A model generated the notes under the pieces. That model saw nothing but the letters and a program-made list of their open reading frames with translations, was not told the origin of the DNA and did not search any database. Made by a program: the position numbers and the translations under genes. A DNA stretch of 64,000 bases, filler included, from Trypethelium eluteriae (Eukaryota): the NCBI GenBank assembly GCA_051942245.1. It is 5 parts of 5 records of this genome, joined end to end, with 100 filler letters (N's around TTAATTAATTAA, not from the genome) between each part and the next. Parts side by side here need not be neighbours in the genome. Positions count along the whole stretch, not along the records: positions 26,531 to 39,645 come from JAVECL010000744.1; positions 39,746 to 52,858 come from JAVECL010000745.1; 3 more parts are not named here. One strand, 5' to 3'. Below are positions 36,744 through 47,339 of the stretch, one piece after another (position 1 is the first letter of the stretch; each line of letters opens with the position of its first letter).

Positions 36744-37293
36744 AGGAGCTCGAGCCTTGTGCTTCTCCTTCAAAGGCGCAAATGGGCGGGTCTAGTCTTC
36801 TCTCTCTATGGTGTAACAATCGGGACGGCCTTTTTCCGAAATTCATGATGACGGATGATATTGAAATAATTATGATCATCAATGTGGATGCTTGTTGGCC
36901 GATATAACTAAGCAAAGATTTGTGGTAACACAAAGTTCAATCTCTCATTTACAGCCCTGTAGCTTCTGTCGTATACCCTACCTTACCACGGAGGGGCGGC
37001 CTTAATATGGGCCAACATGGTCATAACAGTAAAGTTGAAATAACATTGTATTGCTTACCAGTTGAGGGAGCCCCCAACCGCGGTAAGGTATACAACACTC
37101 TTTAATCTATTGTCTCAGTGCACCATTTCGATGTGTTCATGAATCGAGTAGATGAATTCGCTCTTGAAAACAGCCGAAAATGTGGCATTCAACTTCTTGT
37201 GCATTCACTCAGCATTGTGAATGCTTGACCTTCCCGCCATTTCACATACCTTTACAAACAACCCCAGGATCTCACTAAAATTGCGATCACGAA

Positions 37294-37460
37294 GCTGCCT
37301 TCGGTGGCCTAGTGGTAAGACGCGCTTGACAAAATCCTTCCTCTCGGAAGAGTGATTGGGGTCAACACCGGTCGTGTTCCTATCCTTTGCGGTGACGTCG
37401 TTTGGTTAATGGAGTCCCTCGCGACTCTAAGGGTTTTTCATTCGGGTTCCCGGATTTTTT
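37294..37460 (+). ncRNA. Candidate Pol III-type, tRNA-like multi-hairpin RNA
   Basis: Consensus A-box TGGCCTAGTGG (37305-37315) in a D-arm-like context. Hairpins 37326-37365 (TTGAC/GTCAA, AATC/GATT, CTTCC/GGAAG), 37366-37394 (CACCG/CGGTG), 37410-37429 (TGGAGTC/GACTCTA) and 37441-37454. T5 at 37434-37438, T6 at 37455-37460. Confidence 0.5.
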
Positions 37461-37761
37461 GCTGTTTTATTACTCTTAATTTTTTTTATCTAAAACTTTT
37501 CTTAGTAAAAGCCTGAAGATGTAAGTCTGTCCACGCTGCTCTGTAGATGATAGAGTGTTGGAAGAATCGACCCTATCCTGCTGCTTTTCTCTAGCTACTT
37601 CCTCTTAGCAATCACAACAATTCGAATATTGCTGAATATTGCTTAGTTATAACGCGAAAATTATGAAGTTCATGAGCACCAGCACATTGAAAAGTCTCTC
37701 TAGCCGTCCAGTCAGGTAAGCGACGTCGCAAGATAATGCACCGAGAAATCCCATCAAGCAA

Positions 37762-38890
37762 CTAAAGCTGCGCTTTTGCATAATCAAGGAACTGCTTATT
37801 CCGCTCCCGCCTCTGAAAATCGAGCTCCTACTGTCTTGTTAGCTTTTGTCCCAATCGTGACTGCAGTGGGCCACACAAAGAAAGACTCACATTCTCTAGT
37901 TTCTGCGCGCTGTCCAATGTCTCCTTCCCCACACCTACAGCCTCCTCCCTCAGCAATTCCATCCTCTGATCGAACCCTTCCCTTGCGGCTGCCAATCCGC
38001 CTTCCAAGCTCACCACTCCACCTGTTGCCTTCGCCTTCCGCCTGCTGTCTCCAGCCCTATCTTCCTGTCCGCTTTGCTCCCTTCCCGCCTCCGTCGCCGA
38101 CATCCTCTCTATCAGTTCCGCAATCTGCCTCACAACACCTGCCCTCCTCTCCTGTAGCGCCTCGACATGTTCCCTCTCCCTCGCCACAAGAGCAGCAAAG
38201 CTCTCGGCTTCCCTTCCGAGCCGTACTGTCACGGCGTCTGCGCCTCCGGGGGGCCGGAAGCGCAGTGTCTCGGCTGCGAGAGGCGTAGCGAGACGACGAT
38301 TCGTTTCGGTGAGGGAGGCGGACAGGATCGACAGGTCGGAAGATGGGTGGGTGGGTTGAGGATGCGGGAGACTGGCTGAGGGGATGCGGTCGGAAAGGTG
38401 GGCGTTGACGTTGTCCTCGTGGTGCAGTGCCCCAGGTGATGCACTATTGGCCGTGGACGTGAGGCGGGTATGCAGAGTGGAGTGGATGTCATCGAGGGAG
38501 GAGGCAGCAGTAGAGAGGAGGGATTGACGGTACGACTCTGCGACATCTGTTTCCGGCGGAGAAAGATTTGTTAGCATGTACGAAATCTGGCTTGGTGGGA
38601 ATCATATCCTTGCCCTTTAGCTCTGTGGTGAGAGGGTGATCGGTCTTCTGCTTTGCTTGCGCAGTACGTGCTTTAGAGGCCTTTTTGCTGGCGGTGGTAA
38701 TCCCTAACTTTTTCGCAATGACTTTGGTATCCTTTTTGATATGCGAAGGCTTCTTTTCCGCCTTTACTTGGCGGACGGGTTTCTTGAACATCTCAGTTAT
38801 AGACACTGTTTGCTTCGGTTTCTTTGATACACGCCCATCTTTGACTGGTGATCGTGCCACCTGCGTCGCGTCGTTGCGCGAGGGTGCCAT
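37762..38890 (-). CDS. Hypothetical protein with Lys-rich N-terminus and coiled-coil C-terminus, 3 exons
   Basis: MAPSRNDATQ...TELK-DVAESYRQSLL...AQKLEN-ELDFQRRERNKQFLDYAKAQL-stop; both introns have GCTAAC branch sites; first donor probably GC. Confidence 0.7.
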
Positions 38891-39423
38891 CACTGAGGCA
38901 GCGGAACATCTACAATGAAATTGATGAGGAAGTAGGCAAGAAAAGTAGAAGATGCGAAGAGGAGGCTTGCAGAACAGGCACTCATGAGAATGAATGCTCA
39001 AATTGGAAATTAAATGGAAGCGTGTGACGGGATCCAATAGTATCATCCTTAACTTCCAGCCAGAGCACACCGTCTCCGCAACACCGCGATCTAGAGGATG
39101 ACAGTGCCTCTCGTTTGCCCTCGCCAACGTTCCTGGGTCAAACCCTGCACATTTACTCTACCACGGCAACTTTAGACGTTTTTCTGCAGACCCGAGAGAT
39201 CGCATTTGGAGAACAACGCAGTCAGTTGCCAAACGCTTGATAGCAATTCTCCCATTGGTACTCATAAACACGGCATGTGCGCAAGAGACCGTCCAAATAC
39301 GAAGAGATGAAAATAGACGATGGTAGTGATGATGCTGCGGATTTAATAAATCTACGTCAATAATTCCATCGTGCAACCTACTGTGCTGCCTGCTTCGCCA
39401 TTGGTTTGTTACGGAACGCCCGT

Positions 39424-39645
39424 CTACAATTCCATTTCGTCTTCGTCCTCAGGCGCTGTCCCCACAAATCCATTCTCCCTTTCCTCTGCCTCCCGCTCCC
39501 TTTTCGCTTGCTCCTTCGACGCGCCAATCTTCCTAAATCCAGCGTTAGCACCCTCTTCTTCCCCACTGCATCTGCATCTGCACCACACCGAACTACTCAC
39601 CTCAACCCATCAATCACTCCCGTAATAAACGCCCTCCCTTCCCCC
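39424..39645 (-). CDS. Last two exons of an unidentified gene cut by the contig edge
   Basis: GEGRAFITGVIDGLR-KIGASKEQAKREREAEERENGFVGTAPEDEDEMEL-stop; intron 39600-39533 (GTGAGT..GCTAAC..TAG). Confidence 0.7.
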
Positions 39646-39745
39646 NNNNNNNNNNNNNNNNNNNNNNNNNNNNNNNNNNNNNNNNNNNNTTAATTAATTA
39701 ANNNNNNNNNNNNNNNNNNNNNNNNNNNNNNNNNNNNNNNNNNNN
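39646..39745. other. Artificial contig spacer
   Basis: 44 N + TTAATTAATTAA + 44 N. Confidence 0.99.
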
Positions 39746-39746
39746 G

Positions 39747-42710
39747 GGTAGGGGTGGGAAGGTGGGAGAGAAGAAGGAGGTGCTGCTGTTTGAGTTTGTG
39801 GATGGGGATTTGAAGCGGCAGGTGCAGCATGCGAAGACGGGGGAGCCGACGAAGGCGACGCGAAAGTTGAGGAATGAGGAGGTGAAGATGCCGGTGTTTA
39901 GTCAGAAGCAGATGAAGAATCTAATTGAGAAGAGGAATGCGAAGTTTACGTCGGCGGTCAATGGGTTTTTGAATGACTGTGCGGAGGAGGCCATGGATCC
40001 GGTCTTGAAACTAAGGGATGTGGCAAAGGAGTTCATACCCATGCAGAGCGAAGGTAGGGAGGATACGCCTGGATCGGAGAACAGAGCAAAATTGCCGCCT
40101 ACGATTCCGAAAGAGAGGAAGAATATACCGGATATTATTGCAGAGATCAAGACACTAGAATGGTATACTGGCCAGATTGTGCCTGACGGGCATCGCGTTT
40201 TTGATCCCCAGGAAGCAATCTACGGCGACCTGAAATTCGAGCTTTCGCAAAGCCTGGTGAATGCTCTGTTCAACAGTCGTGGAATTACCCAGCTATACGC
40301 ACATCAAGTGGAGGCGATCAACAATCTGTACGATGGGCACAATGCTATTGTATCTACATCAACGAGCTCAGGGAAGTCTTTAATTTACCAAGTACCCGTT
40401 CTTCATGAGCTGGAAAAGGATAGAAACACGCGAGCAATGTACATATTCCCAACAAAAGCGCTGGCACAGGATCAGAAAAAGAGCTTGAAGAACTTCCTGA
40501 CGTACATGCCTGGACTCGAAGGAATTATGGTGGATACATTTGATGGGGATACGCCAATGCCAGTGCGGAATCTCATCAGAGATGAAGCCCGGATCATATT
40601 TACCAATCCAGATATGCTGCACATCACAATCCTCCCTCAAGAGGAAGCATGGAGGACATTTCTCCAGAATTTGCGATTTGTCGTCGTTGACGAGCTGCAT
40701 GTGTACAATGGCCTTTTCGGAGCACATGTGGCCCTGATCATGCGAAGACTGAGGAGAATATGCGCAGCGGTGGGAAACCGCCATGTCAAATTTATATCTT
40801 GTTCGGCTACCGTCGCGAATCCGGAGGAGCACATGAAGACCATCTTCGGTGTTGACAAGGTCAAGCTCACGGATTTTGACGGTTCACCATCGGGTAGAAA
40901 GGAGTTCCTCTGCTGGAATACACCTTTTAAAGACCCAGGAGATCCAACGTCCGGGAGAGGTGACACGTTCGGCGAAGCTGCCAAGCTCTTCTGCCAGCTC
41001 ATACTACGGGGCGTTAGGGTGATAGCCTTCTGCAGGATTCGAAAGCAAGCCGAGATTCTTATTGGAGCCGTAAAGAATGAATTGGCATTCCTTGAAAGAG
41101 CAGAAGTCATGGGCCGTGTCATGTCCTATCGCGGTGGATACACTCCTCAAGACCGTCGTCAAATTGAGACTGAGATGTTCGAGGGCAAACTAGTCGGTAT
41201 CGTTGCAACAAATGCTCTTGAACTCGGCGTTGATATTGGCTCTCTGGACGCCGTTGTCACTGTTGGATTTCCCTACACTATCGCCAATCTTCGGCAGCAA
41301 AGTGGGCGCGCTGGACGTCGGAATAAGGATTCGCTCTCAGTACTTGTGGGAGACTGCTTCCCTACAGACCAGTACTTTATGGAGAATCCCGATGAGATTT
41401 TCACACGGCCCAATTGCGCACTACAAGTGGATCTGACCAATATCATGGTCCTGGAAGGCCATATCCAGTGCGCCGCACATGAGATGCCAATTCGCTTCCC
41501 ATCCGATGAAGCATACTTCGGCACCGAACTTGCTTCTACCGCCAAAGAACGATTAATCGGCGACGACGACAATTTCTACCACCCTTCCCCGCGCTTCCTC
41601 CCTCACCCATCCCGATTCGTCGGCATCCGCGACACGGAAGACTCGCACTTCGCCATCATCGACACCACACATAACCGCAACGTCGTGCTAGAAGAGCTCG
41701 AAGCCAGCCGCGCCTTCTTCACCATCTACGAAGGCGGCATCTTCCTCCACCAAGGCCGCACCTACCTGATCAAAGACTTCAGCCAGGACCGCATGCTCGC
41801 GCACGTCGAGCTCGTCAAGGTCGAGTGGACGACGCAGCAGCGCGACTTCACCGACATCGACCCCGTCGAGACCGAGGCCATCCGCCGCATCCCCGGCTCC
41901 CTCTCCCGCGCCTTCTACGGTCCTATCCGCATCCAGCAGGTCGTCTTTGGCTTCTTCAAGCTCGACAAGAAGCGCCGCATCCTCGATGCCGTCCAGGTGG
42001 ATAACCCGCCCATCGTGCTGTTCAGCAAGGGCATGTGGCTCGATGTGCCGCGGCGCGCGCTGGAGATTCTGACGGAGCGCAGGCTGAATGTCGCGGCGGC
42101 GATTCATGCCGCCGAGCATGCGGTGTTGAGCCTGATGCCGAATTTTGTTATTTCCATGCCGGGCGATGTCCGGACGGAGTGCAAGGTTGCGATTAAGGAG
42201 TTTGCGCGGAAGGAGACGCAGAGAAAACGACCGGCGCGGCTGACGTTCTACGATGCGAAGGGTGGAGCGGCGGGCTCGGGAATTAGCACCAAGGCGTTCG
42301 AGTTTGTCGATCTCTTGCTCCGCCAGGCCTGTGATCGTGTCGAGGCGTGCCATTGTGATGAGGGCTGTTTGGAATGCTGTTGTAGTGAGCGATGTAGGGA
42401 GGCCAACCAAGTGATGAGCAAAGCGGGAGCATCGGTGATTCTGAAGAGTTTGCTAAACAGGCACATTGATGTCGAAAGTCTGCCGTGGGGACCGGAGGAT
42501 GAGACGGTACAGGCTGGGATTGAGACCGTTATTCCAGCAGAGGAGGTTAGGCCAAGGAGAGGTCAGAGGGTTGAGATTGTGGAAGTGAAGAGAGAAGAGG
42601 GTGGCGTTGAACGGGTAGTTGTGGAAGAGATAGGACAAGCAGAGGATGACAGAGGGGTTAGTGTCGACCGGGAGGTAATCCACATCAAACAAGAGCCGAC
42701 GGAACAGTGA
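39747..42710 (+). CDS. HRQ1: RecQ4-like ATP-dependent DNA helicase Hrq1 with C-terminal DUF1998; 5' truncated
   Basis: STSTSSGKS, YIFPTKALAQDQ, VVVDELH, SAT, ATNALELGVDIG, QQSGRAGRR; C-terminal HAAEHA...YDA..GG.G...CHCDEGCLECC. Confidence 0.95.
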   Translation, partial: GRGGKVGEKKEVLLFEFVDGDLKRQVQHAKTGEPTKATRKLRNEEVKMPVFSQKQMKNLIEKRNAKFTSAVNGFLNDCAEEAMDPVLKLRDVAKEFIPMQSEGREDTPGSENRAKLPPTIPKERKNIPDIIAEIKTLEWYTGQIVPDGHRVFDPQEAIYGDLKFELSQSLVNALFNSRGITQLYAHQVEAINNLYDGHNAIVSTSTSSGKSLIYQVPVLHELEKDRNTRAMYIFPTKALAQDQKKSLKNFLTYMPGLEGIMVDTFDGDTPMPVRNLIRDEARIIFTNPDMLHITILPQEEAWRTFLQNLRFVVVDELHVYNGLFGAHVALIMRRLRRICAAVGNRHVKFISCSATVANPEEHMKTIFGVDKVKLTDFDGSPSGRKEFLCWNTPFKDPGDPTSGRGDTFGEAAKLFCQLILRGVRVIAFCRIRKQAEILIGAVKNELAFLERAEVMGRVMSYRGGYTPQDRRQIETEMFEGKLVGIVATNALELGVDIGSLDAVVTVGFPYTIANLRQQSGRAGRRNKDSLSVLVGDCFPTDQYFMENPDEIFTRPNCALQVDLTNIMVLEGHIQCAAHEMPIRFPSDEAYFGTELASTAKERLIGDDDNFYHPSPRFLPHPSRFVGIRDTEDSHFAIIDTTHNRNVVLEELEASRAFFTIYEGGIFLHQGRTYLIKDFSQDRMLAHVELVKVEWTTQQRDFTDIDPVETEAIRRIPGSLSRAFYGPIRIQQVVFGFFKLDKKRRILDAVQVDNPPIVLFSKGMWLDVPRRALEILTERRLNVAAAIHAAEHAVLSLMPNFVISMPGDVRTECKVAIKEFARKETQRKRPARLTFYDAKGGAAGSGISTKAFEFVDLLLRQACDRVEACHCDEGCLECCCSERCREANQVMSKAGASVILKSLLNRHIDVESLPWGPEDETVQAGIETVIPAEEVRPRRGQRVEIVEVKREEGGVERVVVEEIGQAEDDRGVSVDREVIHIKQEPTEQ

Positions 42711-43585
42711 TGGCTGAGTTTGGTCATTACGAGGAATTAGACCATTGGTTAGCACGAGACGTGTTGAGGCGGCCTACATGACCATCATAAAGGAATTGGA
42801 GTATTCTCGACATCAATTCTACGTTAGTTCCGGCCGGGCGTCGCATAACTCGTCATTAGATGGGACGCCGATTTATGAAGTAATACGAAAGAATTCCATT
42901 GGTAAGATTTAGTCGGACCTGATCTGGAAGTGGCGCGTAGGCTTCAAATCAGAGAACGATTCGCTCCATTTGTTGTAGACTTGACCGCCTGTGATGTGAC
43001 CGATAACATGAATTGGCACATTACTCATGTCAAAGAAAACCCAGATAGGACCGCCATATAGATTTACAATCTTTGTGAGAGAATCAAATACTGATTTTAC
43101 AAGAATTGACCTGAAAGCACACGAGATTGTGTTTTCTACATCGGATCCAGAAAGCTTTAGTCCATTTGAATGGCATTTCGAGTTCTGGGAATAGGATCTT
43201 GACTATGCACAACGTTATCAACCCTCGACTGAGAGGGATAGATCTCTATTGCATGAGCCGAGACTGGAGTCGGTTATACCATGGGTCCCTCCTGGCTGTC
43301 ATGCAATAATTCAGTCGTAGAACAGAACTTATTCCCTCGCTAGGAGCGATTCGTAGCGCAAATTAGTGCCGTGGTAGTTGTAGCCTGTAGAATATGTCGT
43401 CATTTGGCTTGCGCCGAACCGGTAGTAATTGCGAGCTTATGTCGAGGGGCTTTAAATCAATTGTCGTGGTGTTTCGTGAGCATACCCTCGCTCACCAAGT
43501 TCTGATGCACTGTAGGCTCAGCCTTTTTGTATTTTTCGCACTGCCAGGTTCCCTCGAATCATTGGTAGCTGCCGGAGGATTCGAT

Positions 43586-45121
43586 CTACATCCAAGCGAT
43601 ACTTGCTCGGACATAGGACTCCGGGAATGGAACAAGTAAAGGGTCCTGTGAATTTTTGAGGGTTTTGTCCGACGGAATGGGCGGTGGGACTCGTGGGTTC
43701 TCAAATGAGAACAGTTGCCAGCTCTGCCTAGGATCCGAGGCTGAAATTGGTGGAGAGATGCCCGCATCCTTTAATGCTAGGGGTGGAGACACGGATTTGT
43801 CCCCGGAGCTACCCATGCTTACTGTATTTTCTAGGTCACTAGGCTGGATGGAGGCTTCAGAGATGGTTTGGAGTGACATGACCTTTTGCCACTCTTTTCG
43901 AAAGTCCTATTATCCATTAGGGATCAGCCAGATGCCGCAAAAACTCATAGGTTATTGGGAATACATCTCTCTGTGCTTATTGAGGGTCATACTCGATGCT
44001 TACCGGAAATGCTTGCTGTTCAGTGTTAAACGGATCATCCATGGTGTGAACAACAGCCGCAGGCTTAAGGTCAGACGGTCTTACGATAGTTTCGATATGG
44101 GTCTCTTGGTCTTTGAGATGAACTTTTTGGAGTTCTGGTTGGGCCGAGACGGATCCCGCTTCCAAAGTCAGGGTATTGGAACTTATTATAGCTGCCTCTG
44201 CTCCGACTTCTCCGAATGTGTACCAGCGATCATTGTGAAGGTCTGCAGGGTAAATGGGAAGTGCATAAACCGAGATGTTCGATATTTGAGCCAAACTCAG
44301 TTTCGAAAAGACAGAAAGCGAAGCGCTGAAGAGCGCCAAACTGGTTGACGATGTTTGAGAATGACGATACTTGGCCTTTTGGTATACTCGAGATGAGAGA
44401 AGGTCTGTCTCAAATGCGAAGCCCATCGACCTAGTGATAGCTGAGAGGGAGAGGCGATTCTTTAGAGTTCGAGAGGTTCGATATGACTTGACGGTGGAGG
44501 CTCTATCATCCTCACGCCAAGATGTAACAGACCTACCCTCTTCAAGACCTCGAAGTCGCGCTAAAAGCTCTGCGTTATTGTCTAAAAGCTTATCGACTGA
44601 GGTTTGCAGTTTTTGCATTGAGGTCTCTGCCTCTTGTGTAAACTTGCTGTATGGACAGGATTCTTTCAGCGAATGCTTTTCTTGCAGAGAAAAAAGACAA
44701 CGTACCATTGCAGTATTGTAAGCATCAAGGTCAGCGAAGCCTTAGAATTCTGCAATCGCTGCACAAGTGCCATGATATCCGGTTCTTTTAGGCTCCACTT
44801 CACTCGATTGAACTTCCCCAGCTCGGGTATGATTTCCAGACTATCCAAAATGGCCTCAAGTTCCGAATACGTGGTAACGCAACTAGTCAAAGTTGCCAAA
44901 ACTTGGTCAAGTTGAATGAGACTGGTCCTGGCCGGCGACACATCAACAGAACCAATCACGTATCCTTGTAATTGACCGAGTGCTGCTGTAACATCGGACA
45001 TTTCTGATAGAATAATTCGAGCGAGAGCCGGGGCATTGGTTATCCTTGTCAGGATCGACGTGACCTTGCCAGCTGCGGCCAGCAGACCGAAAATCGAAGC
45101 TGACACAGATAAGGGATCCAT
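43586..45121 (-). CDS. Fungal HeLo-like N-terminal domain protein with no recognisable C-terminal catalytic domain, ~3 exons
   Basis: MDPLSVSASIFGLLAAAGKV...NAPALAR...RVKWSLKEPDIMALVQRLQNSKASLTLMLTILQC, then FETDLLSSRVY...SVFSKLSLAQISNISVYALP. Introns near 44705-44647 and ~44000-43907; 3' end uncertain. Confidence 0.75.
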
Positions 45122-45529
45122 TAGGTACCAGAATGCGTAAGGGGCCAGGAATTCTTCAAGGTGTCCGAGTAAGAAGGATTCGCAAGGATGTGAATTGGCA
45201 GGGAAACGAATTCGAGGGAATAATCCGATAACGACAGTCTTGACACTGTGACATTTAAGGGGGAAAAAATGAGAAGCTGAAGTTGACAAGCCCGATCTTA
45301 GCGATGAGCAGCTGCAGCTGCAGCTGCATACCCCTTTCGTTTCATGGCGCATCTGCCTTATGGTTGCCTTGCGTCTAGACTCAAGCACCCAAGTTAAATA
45401 TAGGAGGCAAGCATATCGCGCATTTTCATTTGTGCGGCACACCTTCACGCGTGTCCGCTTCATAGTAATCCGGCTACAGCGACGCTAGTGCTGCGATATT
45501 TCGATAGCTGTCGCTGTTGGAACCCGTAG

Positions 45530-47339
45530 TCAACGATGCCATTTGCACGTCACATATACCGGGGCTTCTTTGCCATTAATAAGAGCAAATCTGAGAGTCT
45601 GAGTTCGCTCATTCACTGGCACGGATAATAGGTGATCTTTTCCGTACTGGAGATTCGACAGATCTACAGACTCACCAGCGGGTTCAACCAAATCTTCAGC
45701 ATGGTCTATAGAAATGGAACCACTAGTGAAATGTCCGCAACTGTGGCCATGACGCTCACCAAATTCCGCCAGGCCCTCCCCTGGTGGATGAAAGTCTTCA
45801 AAATGGACGTAGAGAGTCAACCTGTCCAATGTTATCTCTAGAGGTGTCTTGGCTGCCACTGGCATTTGGTTGGACGTGTCGGGTTGGTTTTCCTCCTCTT
45901 CGACTATTTTGAGGGTTGATGTGCTTGCCTCGCTGAGAGATGATCGTGGGCTAGCCGTGGATGGAGCACGCTTCGACACCGAGCTGCGGCTAGTCACCGA
46001 CCCCACGGGTAAATGAGGATAAAGCAAATTGACCGAACTTTGAAGTGGCCAAGGCCGCCACTGCCGTGGCCAGCGCCTGGCTTTTAATGCTTTTTCTACC
46101 TTCAGCTCTTCATCAATCTTAAGTTTTGTCTGAAATATTGCTTCACTGAGTCGTCGGACTGCCCCGGAGTTGTAATCAATTAGATCAGGGATTGTCCAAA
46201 GTGGGTAGACATGTCGATGTGCTTTAGAAATGCGAAAGCAACCATGGGCTTCGATGAATGCATCGCACAAAAAACAGGCTTCTTTTGATGCACCGATTGC
46301 ACGGGGCCAAGGTTTGGGATGAGTTGACTCATAGTAGGAGAGAATCTGTACCTCCGCATGGACGAATAAGTTGGCCGATGACAAAATTGACCGAAGAGGA
46401 CGAAAATGATCCAGTGTTTTCAGATGTATGACAGAGAAGCAAGGGCGATAGGAACGGCACATCTCAGAAAGAAAATCGCATATCCGCCAATAGTTTGCCA
46501 ACTTCTTCAGATCTCGAATCGCTCGACAATCCAGGTCAGACTCGGGTATGCCCACTTCAAGAAGCATTGAATCAAAAGAGTTGTCTTTAGCTTTTGACGT
46601 AATCGCGAAGGCCTCCATAATCACGGCTTGGATCGTATCGAGGCTTTCATAAGGTACCTCAATATTAACTCTATCGAAGAGTGACTTCATACTATTGAGC
46701 TGGCCGAGCAATTCATTGAGTACTATAGATGACGATTTTTTAGCAGAGCCGAAATGTTTGAGTAAATTTTCAACTCGAAGCATCAAATTTCCGCGTGGAG
46801 GATCGTTTTCGTGCTCAGCGCGACGGATTCCCAGCCTTACCAGAATCTTTTCCAGATGAAGTTCGACGATCGAATCGAATATCGTTGCTGCGCATTCCTT
46901 TCGTCGGAGCTCTATAATAATGTTAGAATTCGATCGGCTTCGCTAGAGTAAGCTATCGCTTACCTTTCTTGGCGCACTTTTCCAGTTTACTAAGAATTTC
47001 CTCCAAGGCAGTTTTAACGTCAAGCGCAAGGCCTTCATTAGCAGCAATACAGACCGTAAGGCTGGGGGGTTCAGAATTCAAGCAAACTGTAGCAGCTGAA
47101 ACGAATCCAACGCCCATGTTATACGCCGCCAAATACGCGAAGTCATCCGCTAGTTGCCTCTCAACGTCAAATGGTAAGAGATATCCGTTCTGAGGTACAG
47201 AGGGATCATTTGTCGGATATTCCCGCGTTTTAGGTACAGGCTTTACTAGATGCAGTTGTTCGATAGATGCTTCGAAGGATGCTCGACTGACACGTTTCCA
47301 TATTGACCTATCCGGAGGACCTGTTATGGGAGATAGCAT
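45530..47339 (-). CDS. OTT_1508-like nucleic-acid/nucleotide deaminase domain protein, 2 exons
   Basis: VHAEVQILSYYE...PRAIGASKEACFLCDAFI...AHRHVYPLWTIPD (HxE and CxxC Zn sites plus the IGxSK and WxxP hallmarks); exon 1 ERQLADDFAYLA...VSAA...AANEG; intron ~46963-46912. Confidence 0.85.

Noticed and set aside
37244..37294. U1 snRNA, suggested by GATCACGAAG (U1 stem-loop I loop) and ACATACCT upstream
   Set aside because: No stem closes the loop, spacing is wrong, and the ATTGCAC loop II is missing; a chance 10-mer is plausible.
41688..42410. 240-aa minus-strand ORF, and similar shadows at 43656-44348, 54536-55123, 57246-57944, 23230-23742 and 29691-30272
   Set aside because: They are antisense to well-supported genes and have no family motifs; codon bias explains them.
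42910..43330. Protein-like minus-strand segments downstream of the HeLo-like gene
   Set aside because: I could not build a consistent spliced frame; they may be extra exons or a relic but are unsupported.
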